Shown piece by piece: positions 42,423 to 50,525 of a stretch of DNA of 64,000 nucleotides. Position numbers and translations under genes: made by a program. The DNA comes from an uncultured Bacilli bacterium (GTDB taxonomy: Bacteria > Bacillota_I > Bacilli_A > RFN20 > CAG-826): NCBI GenBank assembly GCA_944376605.1, contig CALWDE010000004.1:102359-166358 (forward strand). The letters run 5' to 3'. The notes under the pieces were generated by a model. The model searched no databases. It had not been told where the DNA came from and worked only from the letters and a program-made list of their open reading frames with translations. Numbering within the stretch: position 1 is the first letter of the stretch; each line of letters begins with the position of its first letter.

Positions 42423-43535
42423 ATGAAGTTGGTAAGTCGTATTGGTTCTTTAACTATTAATGCTGTTCTCTTTGTGTTAATTGCTTTTTTAAGCATGAAC
42501 GCTTTCTTTGGCTGGTGGAATCCTTTAGGCACTGTGATTGCTTCTGGTGCAAATGCGTTTAGTGATTTTACCCTCGATGCTGCAATGCTTTACGCTGTAT
42601 CTGCTTTACTAACTGTTATTTATGAAAGTATATGTCTTTCTTCTCGCGCAAAAGAAATACCGCACTACGTCCGTACCTTTAAACTTATTACGGTTGCTAG
42701 TTTAATGGTTTCCTTCTTCTTTTCTCTTATTTATTTATACCCAATGACTGCGGATGGTTTATCTGCGGTATTTAATCCTGTTGACACTTTATGGATTCGT
42801 TTCCTTATTCCTTTAATTGCGTTAGTTAGTTTTTTAGTTTTTGAACATGAAACAAAATTAAATTTATTAGAAAGCTTGTTTTCTATTATTCCTTCTCTTT
42901 GCTATTTTGTTGCTATTTGGCTACTAATTTATAGAGGAGTAATTGGTGATCCTTATCCTATTTTGAACACAGATAGTCCAAATACATTAATGCCAATTAT
43001 TTACGGATTAATGATTACTCTTGGTGTGTTTATTATAGCTTTAATCATTATTCCCGTTCGCAACGCAATTGATTCGCTATGGTGCCGCTCTGTAACGATT
43101 GCATCAGCGGAATCTACTCAGTTAAATGCTGCTTTAAAAAGAGCAAGCGAGAAAGCAGCAGAAATGAATAACGAAACATTAGTTCGCCCTGAAGTGGCTG
43201 CTCCAGAAGAAACGGAAAACAAAGAGAGCAATAATGACGAAGAACTTGCGATTAGTTACGCTCCAGAAGACTCGGAAGAAGAGGAAGAAACCATAGAGCG
43301 AGAGAAATTACAGTCGCAAATTCGAAAAGGAAACTATAAAGGCGGTATCCGTGTTTACCATATCAGCAAACAAAAAAATGGCGTGCGTTGGCAAGTTCGC
43401 TTAGCTACAAGCAAACGTGCAATCAAACTTTTTAACACCCAAAAAGAAGCGATATCTTACGCAAAAGAATTAGTAAAGAAAAATGGCGGCAGCATCCGTA
43501 TCCACTCTTTAAAAGGAAAGATGAGGAAAGAATAG
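42423..43535 (+). CDS. Polytopic membrane protein with acidic linker and C-terminal DUF2188-like domain
   Basis: ~7 hydrophobic helices, a Glu-rich linker, and C-terminal YHISKQKNGVRWQVRLATSKRAIKLFNTQKEAISYAKELVKKNGGSIRIH matching the DUF2188 pattern (Y.V.p...GW.V......rA...F.Tk.EAi..A....). Confidence 0.45.
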   Translation: MKLVSRIGSLTINAVLFVLIAFLSMNAFFGWWNPLGTVIASGANAFSDFTLDAAMLYAVSALLTVIYESICLSSRAKEIPHYVRTFKLITVASLMVSFFFSLIYLYPMTADGLSAVFNPVDTLWIRFLIPLIALVSFLVFEHETKLNLLESLFSIIPSLCYFVAIWLLIYRGVIGDPYPILNTDSPNTLMPIIYGLMITLGVFIIALIIIPVRNAIDSLWCRSVTIASAESTQLNAALKRASEKAAEMNNETLVRPEVAAPEETENKESNNDEELAISYAPEDSEEEEETIEREKLQSQIRKGNYKGGIRVYHISKQKNGVRWQVRLATSKRAIKLFNTQKEAISYAKELVKKNGGSIRIHSLKGKMRKE

Positions 43536-44860
43536 TGAGAAAATTAGATGACGTTATTGTATCGCTTGCTACTCCTCCTTTAAGAAGTGCTTTACTTGTT
43601 GTTCGTGTTGCAGGAAATGGTGCTTTCTCTCTTACAGATCAGTTATTTTCAAAAAAGATAAGCGGGATTTGCAGCAGAAAATCTTATGTAGGAATTATTT
43701 CTAATCACAAAAAAGAAGCGATTGATGAAGTGGTTTTACTCGCCTATCCCGCTGGAAAATCTCCCACTGGAGAAGAAACGGTGGAGATTATGGCGCACGG
43801 CTCCCCTCTTATTGGGGAAAATATCGTCAATGCTTATTTGTCATTAGGTGCAAGACAAGCAGAACGCGGCGAATTCTCTCTCCGGTCTTATTTAAATGGA
43901 AAAATGGACTTGGTAGAGGCTGAGGCTGTTAATGACATGATTAATGCTCAGACGGAAGAGAGCAGAAAAAAAGTTTTCTTATCTCTTAAAGGAGAAACAT
44001 CGGAGCTACTTTCTCCTATTATGGAAGAGCTTGGAAAACTTGTAGCATCTACAGAAGTAAGCATAGATTTTCCTGAATATAACGAGTTTGAAGAAAATGC
44101 GACCGGGGGCTCAAAAGACAGTGTTTGTCGGCTAATTTCTAACCTAGACGAGTTGTTAGATGGCGCAAAAAAGGGTCATTTGTATCAAAACGGAGTGACA
44201 GTTGCTTTAGTGGGTAAACCAAATGTTGGTAAATCGTCTCTATTAAACGCTCTTTTAGGAGAAGAGAAAGCGATTGTGACAGATATCCCTGGTACTACAA
44301 GAGACATTGTGGAAGGAACCTTGTCCTACAAAGGGGTTCCACTTCACTTTTTAGACACTGCAGGCATCCGGGAAAGTAATGATCAGATTGAATCAATAGG
44401 CGTTTCTCTAACCTTAAAAGCGATTGATAAGGCGGATGTTGTAGTGGAAGTTTTGGATGCTTCTTGTCCTGTATCAGTAGAGACTAAGAAAGATGGCAGA
44501 GTGACTATTGTAGTAGAAAACAAAGCCGATCTTGTTAAAGATAAGAAAGATGGTGTCATTTATATTTCTGCAAAAGAAGGCGATGTTGCTGCATTACTGG
44601 AAGCAATTTATCAAAATCTTGGTTTTACTTCTGCAGATTGTGTCACCCCTTCTTTTTCTTCAGAAAGGCAAATATCCCTTCTTTATAAAATGAAAAACGC
44701 TTTAGTTGAGGCAAAAAACGCTATAGAAGATGAGCAGCCCATATCTATTGTTTCTATCAATTATTTAGATGCTTATAACTGCTGCAAAGAATTGCTTGGT
44801 TTAGAGGCAGATAGAGATGTAGAAGATGAAGTATTTTCACGTTTTTGTGTAGGTAAATAA
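43535..44860 (+). CDS. mnmE: tRNA modification GTPase MnmE
   Basis: G-domain GKPNVGKSSLLNAL, DTAG, NKAD; C-terminal CVGK. Confidence 0.9.
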   Translation: MRKLDDVIVSLATPPLRSALLVVRVAGNGAFSLTDQLFSKKISGICSRKSYVGIISNHKKEAIDEVVLLAYPAGKSPTGEETVEIMAHGSPLIGENIVNAYLSLGARQAERGEFSLRSYLNGKMDLVEAEAVNDMINAQTEESRKKVFLSLKGETSELLSPIMEELGKLVASTEVSIDFPEYNEFEENATGGSKDSVCRLISNLDELLDGAKKGHLYQNGVTVALVGKPNVGKSSLLNALLGEEKAIVTDIPGTTRDIVEGTLSYKGVPLHFLDTAGIRESNDQIESIGVSLTLKAIDKADVVVEVLDASCPVSVETKKDGRVTIVVENKADLVKDKKDGVIYISAKEGDVAALLEAIYQNLGFTSADCVTPSFSSERQISLLYKMKNALVEAKNAIEDEQPISIVSINYLDAYNCCKELLGLEADRDVEDEVFSRFCVGK

Positions 44861-44861
44861 T

Positions 44862-45641
44862 ATGATTTTTATTGATTCACACACTCATTTAAACGACCCA
44901 GAACTTTATTCTTTTCTTGAGGAAGAGATGAGCTATTCAAGAGAGAATAATCTTAAGTTTATTTTGGTTGCTAGTTACGACCTAGAAAGTGCGAAACGCG
45001 CTATTTTAATTTCTCAAAAATATCCTGAATGCCACGCAGCAATTGGATTACATCCTGAAAATATGCAAGAGGCAAAAGAAGGTGATTGGGATGAAATCAA
45101 AAGCCTAATGCAAGACAAAAATTGCGTTGCCATAGGTGAAACAGGGCTTGATTACCACTGGGTAAAGGATTTAAAAGAAAGAGAAAAACAAAAAAGATTA
45201 TTTATCGAACATATCGAGCTTGCTAATAAATTACATCTCCCCTTAACGATTCATTCCCGTGATGCGGCGCAAGATACTTACCAAATTTTGTCAGAACATG
45301 TGCCTGAACAAGGAGCGATCCTTCATTGCTATTCTTATAGCGTGGAAATGATGGAACAATTTCTAAAACTACCTATATGGTTTGGATTTGGTGGCACATT
45401 GACATTTAAAAATGCGAAATTAGTAAAAGAGGTTTTGTCTTCTTGTCCACTTGAGAGAGTCGTAACAGAGACAGACGCCCCTTACTTAACTCCAGAACCT
45501 TTTCGAGGAAAAAGAAACGAACCAAAAAATGTAATTTATGTGGCAAAAAAGATTGCAGAAATAACCTCTTTACCTCTTGAAGAAGTAACAAAACAAATTG
45601 CCAAAAACATTGAGAAAATATTTCACGTGAAACTACTATGA
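44862..45641 (+). CDS. tatD: TatD-family metal-dependent DNase/hydrolase
   Basis: FIDSHTHL at the N-terminus and TIM-barrel TatD length. Confidence 0.85.
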   Translation: MIFIDSHTHLNDPELYSFLEEEMSYSRENNLKFILVASYDLESAKRAILISQKYPECHAAIGLHPENMQEAKEGDWDEIKSLMQDKNCVAIGETGLDYHWVKDLKEREKQKRLFIEHIELANKLHLPLTIHSRDAAQDTYQILSEHVPEQGAILHCYSYSVEMMEQFLKLPIWFGFGGTLTFKNAKLVKEVLSSCPLERVVTETDAPYLTPEPFRGKRNEPKNVIYVAKKIAEITSLPLEEVTKQIAKNIEKIFHVKLL

Positions 45642-46180
45642 ACAACGCTAAAACCTTAATAATTGTTGAAGGAAAGACGGATATACAATTTCTTGAAACT
45701 TTTCTCGACGCTGAATTTGTCTCAGTGAACGGTTCTGCTATTTCACGTGAAACAATTTCCTTCATTAAAGAAGCCTCGAAACAAAGAAAATGTATTGTTC
45801 TCACTGATCCCGATGCTCCTGGAGCAAGGATTCGAAAAATACTGAATGAAGCTGTACCTAATTTACTTCATGCCTACGTTCCGAAAGAAAAATGTATCGC
45901 GCACGGTAAAGTAGGTATTGCTGAAAGTGATAAACAAAGTGTTTTAGAAGCATTGAATCATTTAATTCCAAATGAGGTAAATATCAACGTCTCTAACATC
46001 TCCATTCAAGACCTCTACGAACTTGGATTATTAGGACAAGATAATTCTTCCTTTTTAAGAGATAAAGTTTCTCATTTTTTTCATCTTGGAAAAACGAATG
46101 GAAAAACATTTTTAAAACGCTGCATAGTACTAGGTATTACAAAAAACGATTTGGAAAGGGCAGTTCATGAATGTCGATAA
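45638..46180 (+). CDS. rnmV: Ribonuclease M5 (Toprim)
   Basis: LIIVEGKTDIQFL and LTDPDAPG Toprim motifs. Confidence 0.85.
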   Translation: MNNAKTLIIVEGKTDIQFLETFLDAEFVSVNGSAISRETISFIKEASKQRKCIVLTDPDAPGARIRKILNEAVPNLLHAYVPKEKCIAHGKVGIAESDKQSVLEALNHLIPNEVNINVSNISIQDLYELGLLGQDNSSFLRDKVSHFFHLGKTNGKTFLKRCIVLGITKNDLERAVHECR

Positions 46181-46970
46181 GTATTTTGAAACAATTAAGA
46201 GCTATCGTTTGCTAGCTAATCACGATTTGGGACAGAATTTTCTTATTGATCAATCTTTAGCAAGAAAAATTGTCGATTTATTAGAAATAGATAAAGACGA
46301 TCAAGTACTAGAAATTGGTCCTGGAGCGGGTTCATTATCTTATTTCCTAAATGAAAGCAAAGCAGATTGCACGCTAATGGATATCGATGAACGTTTTGTG
46401 CTGAAATTACAAAATGATTTTAAGGAAAACAAAAACATAAAACCTATACTTTTCAATGCATTAGATGCAGATTTGCAGGGTTATTCAAAAATTATTGGCA
46501 ATCTTCCTTACTATATTACAAGCCAATTGATTTTAAATGTAATTGTGAAAGCTACAGCCTGTAAAAAAGCGGTTTTTATGATTCAAAAAGAAGCTTATGA
46601 CCGCTTAATATCTTTACCGAACTCTAAAGATTATGGGCCATTATCAATCTTGCTTGCCTTCTTCGGAAAAGTTAAAAAAGAGTTTACTGTTTCTCCCAGT
46701 TCCTTTAGTCCTGCGCCCCACGTTGAAAGTGTTGTATTTTCCTATACTTTCTTTGAGAACAGAAATGTTAATGCCGCTGATTTCTATCGCATCTTAAGCG
46801 CATTATTCTTACACAGAAGAAAAACGATTTATTCCAATATATCGCTTTTCCTCCAAGATAAACAAAAAGCAAAATTAATTTTAGAAAAAGCAGAAATTGA
46901 CGGACAAAAGCGGCCAGAACAATTGAGTTTGAGTAACTTTTTTACCATTTATTCTTTATTGAAAGATTGA
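46167..46970 (+). CDS. rsmA: 16S rRNA (adenine1518/1519-N6)-dimethyltransferase RsmA/KsgA
   Basis: GQNFL and LEIGPGAGSLS SAM-binding motifs. Confidence 0.9.
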   Translation: MNVDKYFETIKSYRLLANHDLGQNFLIDQSLARKIVDLLEIDKDDQVLEIGPGAGSLSYFLNESKADCTLMDIDERFVLKLQNDFKENKNIKPILFNALDADLQGYSKIIGNLPYYITSQLILNVIVKATACKKAVFMIQKEAYDRLISLPNSKDYGPLSILLAFFGKVKKEFTVSPSSFSPAPHVESVVFSYTFFENRNVNAADFYRILSALFLHRRKTIYSNISLFLQDKQKAKLILEKAEIDGQKRPEQLSLSNFFTIYSLLKD

Positions 46971-47017
46971 GGTAATTTCTTTGTGCGTTACAATCCTTAT
47001 ATAAGGAGGAAAGAAAA

Positions 47018-47860
47018 GTGGAACTGCGCCCCGTTGCCAAGATAAATATCACTCTCAAAGTAAAAGGTCTTCGAGAAGATGGTTATCACTACATCGAAAG
47101 CCTTTGTCTTCCTGTGGACTTGAAAGATGATTTATCGGTTGAAACTATTAACGACAACAAAGATGTTCTTGAAGTAAATGATAGCTCTTTGGCTGACCCT
47201 GCTCACAACCTAGTAACAAAAGCTTTTGCTGCTTTTAGAAAAGAGTTTGGTCTTAATACATACTTTCGTGCTGTTTTACAGAAGAGAATACCTACTGAAG
47301 CAGGACTTGGAGGGGGTTCCTCTGATTGCGCTTATGCCTTAAAGGCTGCTGCCAAGTTGTGCTCTATTGAAGATGAAAATAGATTAAGAAAAGTGGCATT
47401 AACATTAGGCGCGGATGTTCCATATTTCCTCAATCCAAAACCCGCAATTATTACAGGAATTGGAGAATTTAAGACGGAAATTGCAGGGATTTTGCCATAT
47501 AAGGTACTTATTGCAAAGCCTGTTCAAGGCTTAAGTACGAAAGAGGTTTATCAAACTTCCGACGGTTTAAAAAAGACCAAAATCAATTTAGGCAAGGTAA
47601 TATCCGCTTTAAAAAGGCGCGATTTAGAACTTGCGGGTTTTTATGCTGGCAACGATTTAGAACTTGCAGCAGAAACGCTTTTACCAGAAGTAAAACGCTT
47701 AATAAATAATATGAAAGGCTTAGGGTTTGCTTTTGTGCAAATGACAGGGTCTGGCACTTCAGTGTTTGCTATAGATGAAGATGAGGAGCGTTTAGAAGCT
47801 GGACGAAGAAAATTACGTGAAGATGGTTATATGGCTTTTATTACTAGTACCCTAAATTAA
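47018..47860 (+). CDS. ispE: 4-diphosphocytidyl-2-C-methyl-D-erythritol kinase
   Basis: GHMP kinase motif PTEAGLGGGSSDCAYAL. GTG start with AAGGAGG RBS. Confidence 0.85.
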   Translation: MELRPVAKINITLKVKGLREDGYHYIESLCLPVDLKDDLSVETINDNKDVLEVNDSSLADPAHNLVTKAFAAFRKEFGLNTYFRAVLQKRIPTEAGLGGGSSDCAYALKAAAKLCSIEDENRLRKVALTLGADVPYFLNPKPAIITGIGEFKTEIAGILPYKVLIAKPVQGLSTKEVYQTSDGLKKTKINLGKVISALKRRDLELAGFYAGNDLELAAETLLPEVKRLINNMKGLGFAFVQMTGSGTSVFAIDEDEERLEAGRRKLREDGYMAFITSTLN

Positions 47861-47883
47861 AAATATTATTCAGAAAGGATATT

Positions 47884-49260
47884 ATGGATCGATACGCAAT
47901 TATTCTTGCTGCAGGAAAAGGTTCCCGCATGAAAAGCAAAAGAGAGGATATTAGCAAAGTCTCTTTTCCTATATTAGGGAGACCACTTGTAAAGTGGATT
48001 ATTGAAGCCCTCAAACCGCTATCTCCTAAAAAATTAATCGCCATTATCGGTTTTGGTGGGGCAACTTCAGAGCCTATTGTGAAAGAGGATTGTGAAGTTA
48101 TATGGCAAAAAGAACAAAAAGGCGCAGGTCACGCCGTGATGCAAGTAGCACCCATTTTAGAGGGTGTAGAAGGGGAAACTATTATTTGTTGTGGTGATAC
48201 ACCGCTTATCACAACCGAACTTTACGAAGGGCTATTTCAAAAACACGAAAGTTCGCATAATTCTTTAACTATTATGACCTCTGTTTTAGATGCTCCTCAT
48301 GGCTATGGGCGTATTGTTCGCGATAATCATGGTAATGTAGTAAAAATTACTGAACAGAAGGACTGCGATGATTTGGCAGAACAAATTAAAGAAGTAAATG
48401 CTGGAGTTTATGTCTTTGATAACAAAGAACTTTTTGAAGCTCTTCATCATATCAACACAAATAATGCTGCTGGCGAATATTATTTAACCGATGTTATCGA
48501 ACTTTTTGCTAAAAAAGGATTAAAAGTTGGAACATATGAAGTAGCAGATATTGATGAAACAATGGGCGTTAATGATCGTTATCAACTATCTATTGCTGAG
48601 AAAAATTTAAAAGCCAGAATCAATAAAGGCCACATGTTACGCGGTGTAACTATCGAAGATTCCGACTCTGTGTTTATTGGTCCTGATGTCACAATCGGTC
48701 CTGATACCGTGATCAAACCTGGCTGCTATATTGTTGGTAAAACGTATATTGGCGAAGACAATGTAATTGGGCCTAATACTTACTTAGAAAATTGCGTCGT
48801 TGGAAATGGTAACAAAATTCTTACTTCATATTTAACGGATACTGTAGTAGGTAGTGACAATGAAATCGGGCCATATTTCCATTCGAGAGGAAATACCATT
48901 ATTCATGACAACACCCACTTAGGTAATTTTGTAGAAATTAAAAAATCAACGATAGATTCGGGAGTTAAAGCTCATCATTTGTCGTATTTAGGCGATGCGG
49001 TAATTGCGAAGAACGCAAATATTGGGTGCGGAGTGGTTACTGCAAACTACGATGGATCGCACAAAAACACCACAAACATTGGCGAAAATGCCTTTATCGG
49101 TTGCAACTCTACCTTGATAGCTCCTGTAAATGTTGGTAAGGATACTTTAATTGCCGCAGGAAGCACCATTACAGAAGATGTTAGCGATGGAGATGCTGCC
49201 TTCGCTAGAGAAAGACAAGTTACAAAAGAAGGCGCCGCAAAGAAAATTCTTAAAAAGTAA
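47884..49260 (+). CDS. glmU: Bifunctional UDP-GlcNAc pyrophosphorylase / GlcN-1-P acetyltransferase GlmU
   Basis: LAAGKGSRMKS nucleotidyltransferase motif and C-terminal left-handed beta-helix hexapeptide repeats. Confidence 0.9.
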   Translation: MDRYAIILAAGKGSRMKSKREDISKVSFPILGRPLVKWIIEALKPLSPKKLIAIIGFGGATSEPIVKEDCEVIWQKEQKGAGHAVMQVAPILEGVEGETIICCGDTPLITTELYEGLFQKHESSHNSLTIMTSVLDAPHGYGRIVRDNHGNVVKITEQKDCDDLAEQIKEVNAGVYVFDNKELFEALHHINTNNAAGEYYLTDVIELFAKKGLKVGTYEVADIDETMGVNDRYQLSIAEKNLKARINKGHMLRGVTIEDSDSVFIGPDVTIGPDTVIKPGCYIVGKTYIGEDNVIGPNTYLENCVVGNGNKILTSYLTDTVVGSDNEIGPYFHSRGNTIIHDNTHLGNFVEIKKSTIDSGVKAHHLSYLGDAVIAKNANIGCGVVTANYDGSHKNTTNIGENAFIGCNSTLIAPVNVGKDTLIAAGSTITEDVSDGDAAFARERQVTKEGAAKKILKK

Positions 49261-49262
49261 TT

Positions 49263-49386
49263 TTGCGTTACAAATTTATGAAGTGTAATGCAATATGCGT
49301 TACACTTTTTATTATAAATTTATGTCAATAAAATTTGATAACATCGAAAAAATATCTTTATAAGTAACGCTAAATGCGTTACAATT
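49263..49386. promoter_or_regulatory. Cluster of GTAACGC/GCGTTAC inverted-repeat operator-like sites overlapping the promoter of the DinJ-like gene
   Basis: Near-palindrome GTGTAATGCA-ATA-TGCGTTACAC (~49283-49305), perfect GTAACGC-TAAAT-GCGTTAC (~49364-49382), and an extra half-site TGCGTTACA (~49264-72). Candidate -35 TTGATA and -10 TATAAG, or TACAAT with leaderless ATG. Confidence 0.4.
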
Positions 49387-49676
49387 TAGATATGAGTAAA
49401 ACAACATTAAATTTACGTGTAGATGCAGACCTTAAAAAGGAAGCAGAAAAGGTTATTGAAAAGCTTGGCTTGTCTACAACTGCTTGCATTATCTTGTTTT
49501 TAAAGGCCCTTTGCAGAGAACGCAAATTACCATTTGCTATTTCTGCAGAAACAAAAACCAAAAAGCAACGCGTTATTCATTCTATTGTTAAAAAGGACCC
49601 TCAACCCGCTCTTAATGATAAAGAATCAAAATCTAGTGATTCTTTGTCTTTAGAAAAAGCAATTGATTTACTCTAA
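49374..49676 (+). CDS. RelB/DinJ-family ribbon-helix-helix protein (antitoxin-like)
   Basis: TLNLRVDADLKKEAEKVIEKLGLSTTACIILFLKALCRERKLPF parallels DinJ (RIDEDLKNQAADVLAGMGLTISDLVRITLTKVAREKALPF). Alternative start at 49392 (MSKTT). 100-aa antitoxin-like size. Confidence 0.55.
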   Translation: MRYNLDMSKTTLNLRVDADLKKEAEKVIEKLGLSTTACIILFLKALCRERKLPFAISAETKTKKQRVIHSIVKKDPQPALNDKESKSSDSLSLEKAIDLL

Positions 49677-49680
49677 GTTT

Positions 49681-50466
49681 ATGACCGTTGATGAGGCTAT
49701 TAGCGAATTAATATCTATCCTTCTCTCTGCCCATCCAGAACATTCTTTTTTAATGCGTTCTTATTCGAATTCTTTAAAAGGAAAGCGCGAACTTCTTCGA
49801 GGATTAATGAATCTCTGCCCTGCGCACACTCTTCCCAAGAGGTTTTATGAGTTAGAGAGCGCTCTTTTAGAGTTTGAAAATCGAAATAGAACACGTGTTT
49901 CCTCGATGAGACTTCCTGTTTCGAATCTTGATAAAATCGCACACTATCACGGAAATATTGTTGATTTGGAAGTTGATGCAATTGTAAATTCAGCAAGCAG
50001 CGAATTCTTGGGATGTTTTGTTCCTGGCCACAAGTGTCTAGAAAATGAAATACATTCTTTTACAGGCATGGAACTTCGTGATGCTTGTGATGATATTTTA
50101 AAGAAAGAGAAAAAACAGTTTCGCCCTGGTTATGCCGCTATTACAAGTGGTTTTCACCTTTTTAGCCGTCATGTGATTCATGTCATAATTCCGCATACCT
50201 CAAACCGTGTAACAAATTTAGCTTTATCCGAATTAAAGCTCTGTTATAAAAGCGCTCTGCGTTTGGCAGAAAATTATCACCTTAAAAGTATAGCCTTCCC
50301 CGCTTTAGCGACTGGATCTGCTGGTTTTTCTAAGGAGCTAGGAGCAAGCCTTGCTATTGATACGTGTCATGAATATCTTGTTCATCACCCTTCTTCCCCG
50401 GTGATTATCTTTGTTACCAATAACGATAGTGATAAAAAATATTACGAATCTTACTTAGGAATTTAA
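49681..50466 (+). CDS. Macro-domain protein (protein-ADP-ribose hydrolase-like, Cys/His-substituted catalytic loop), possible Zn-dependent SirTM-associated class
   Basis: VDAIVNSASSEF..., AAITSGFHLF, HVIHVIIPHT and SIAFPALATGSAGF match macro-domain core blocks. The usual GGGGV loop is replaced by GCFVPGHKC. ~85-aa N-terminal extension. First ATG is 5 nt after the RHH gene stop. Confidence 0.6.
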   Translation: MTVDEAISELISILLSAHPEHSFLMRSYSNSLKGKRELLRGLMNLCPAHTLPKRFYELESALLEFENRNRTRVSSMRLPVSNLDKIAHYHGNIVDLEVDAIVNSASSEFLGCFVPGHKCLENEIHSFTGMELRDACDDILKKEKKQFRPGYAAITSGFHLFSRHVIHVIIPHTSNRVTNLALSELKLCYKSALRLAENYHLKSIAFPALATGSAGFSKELGASLAIDTCHEYLVHHPSSPVIIFVTNNDSDKKYYESYLGI

Positions 50467-50525
50467 GCAATAGAAACAAAAATAGCCCTCCAGAAGGAAG
50501 GCTATTTTGTTATTTAGAAAGAGAG

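Noticed and set aside
42329-42532. 67-aa minus-strand ORF in jag/membrane-protein intergenic region
   Set aside because: It overlaps the promoter, RBS and start of the plus-strand 370-aa gene and is antisense to a terminator hairpin.
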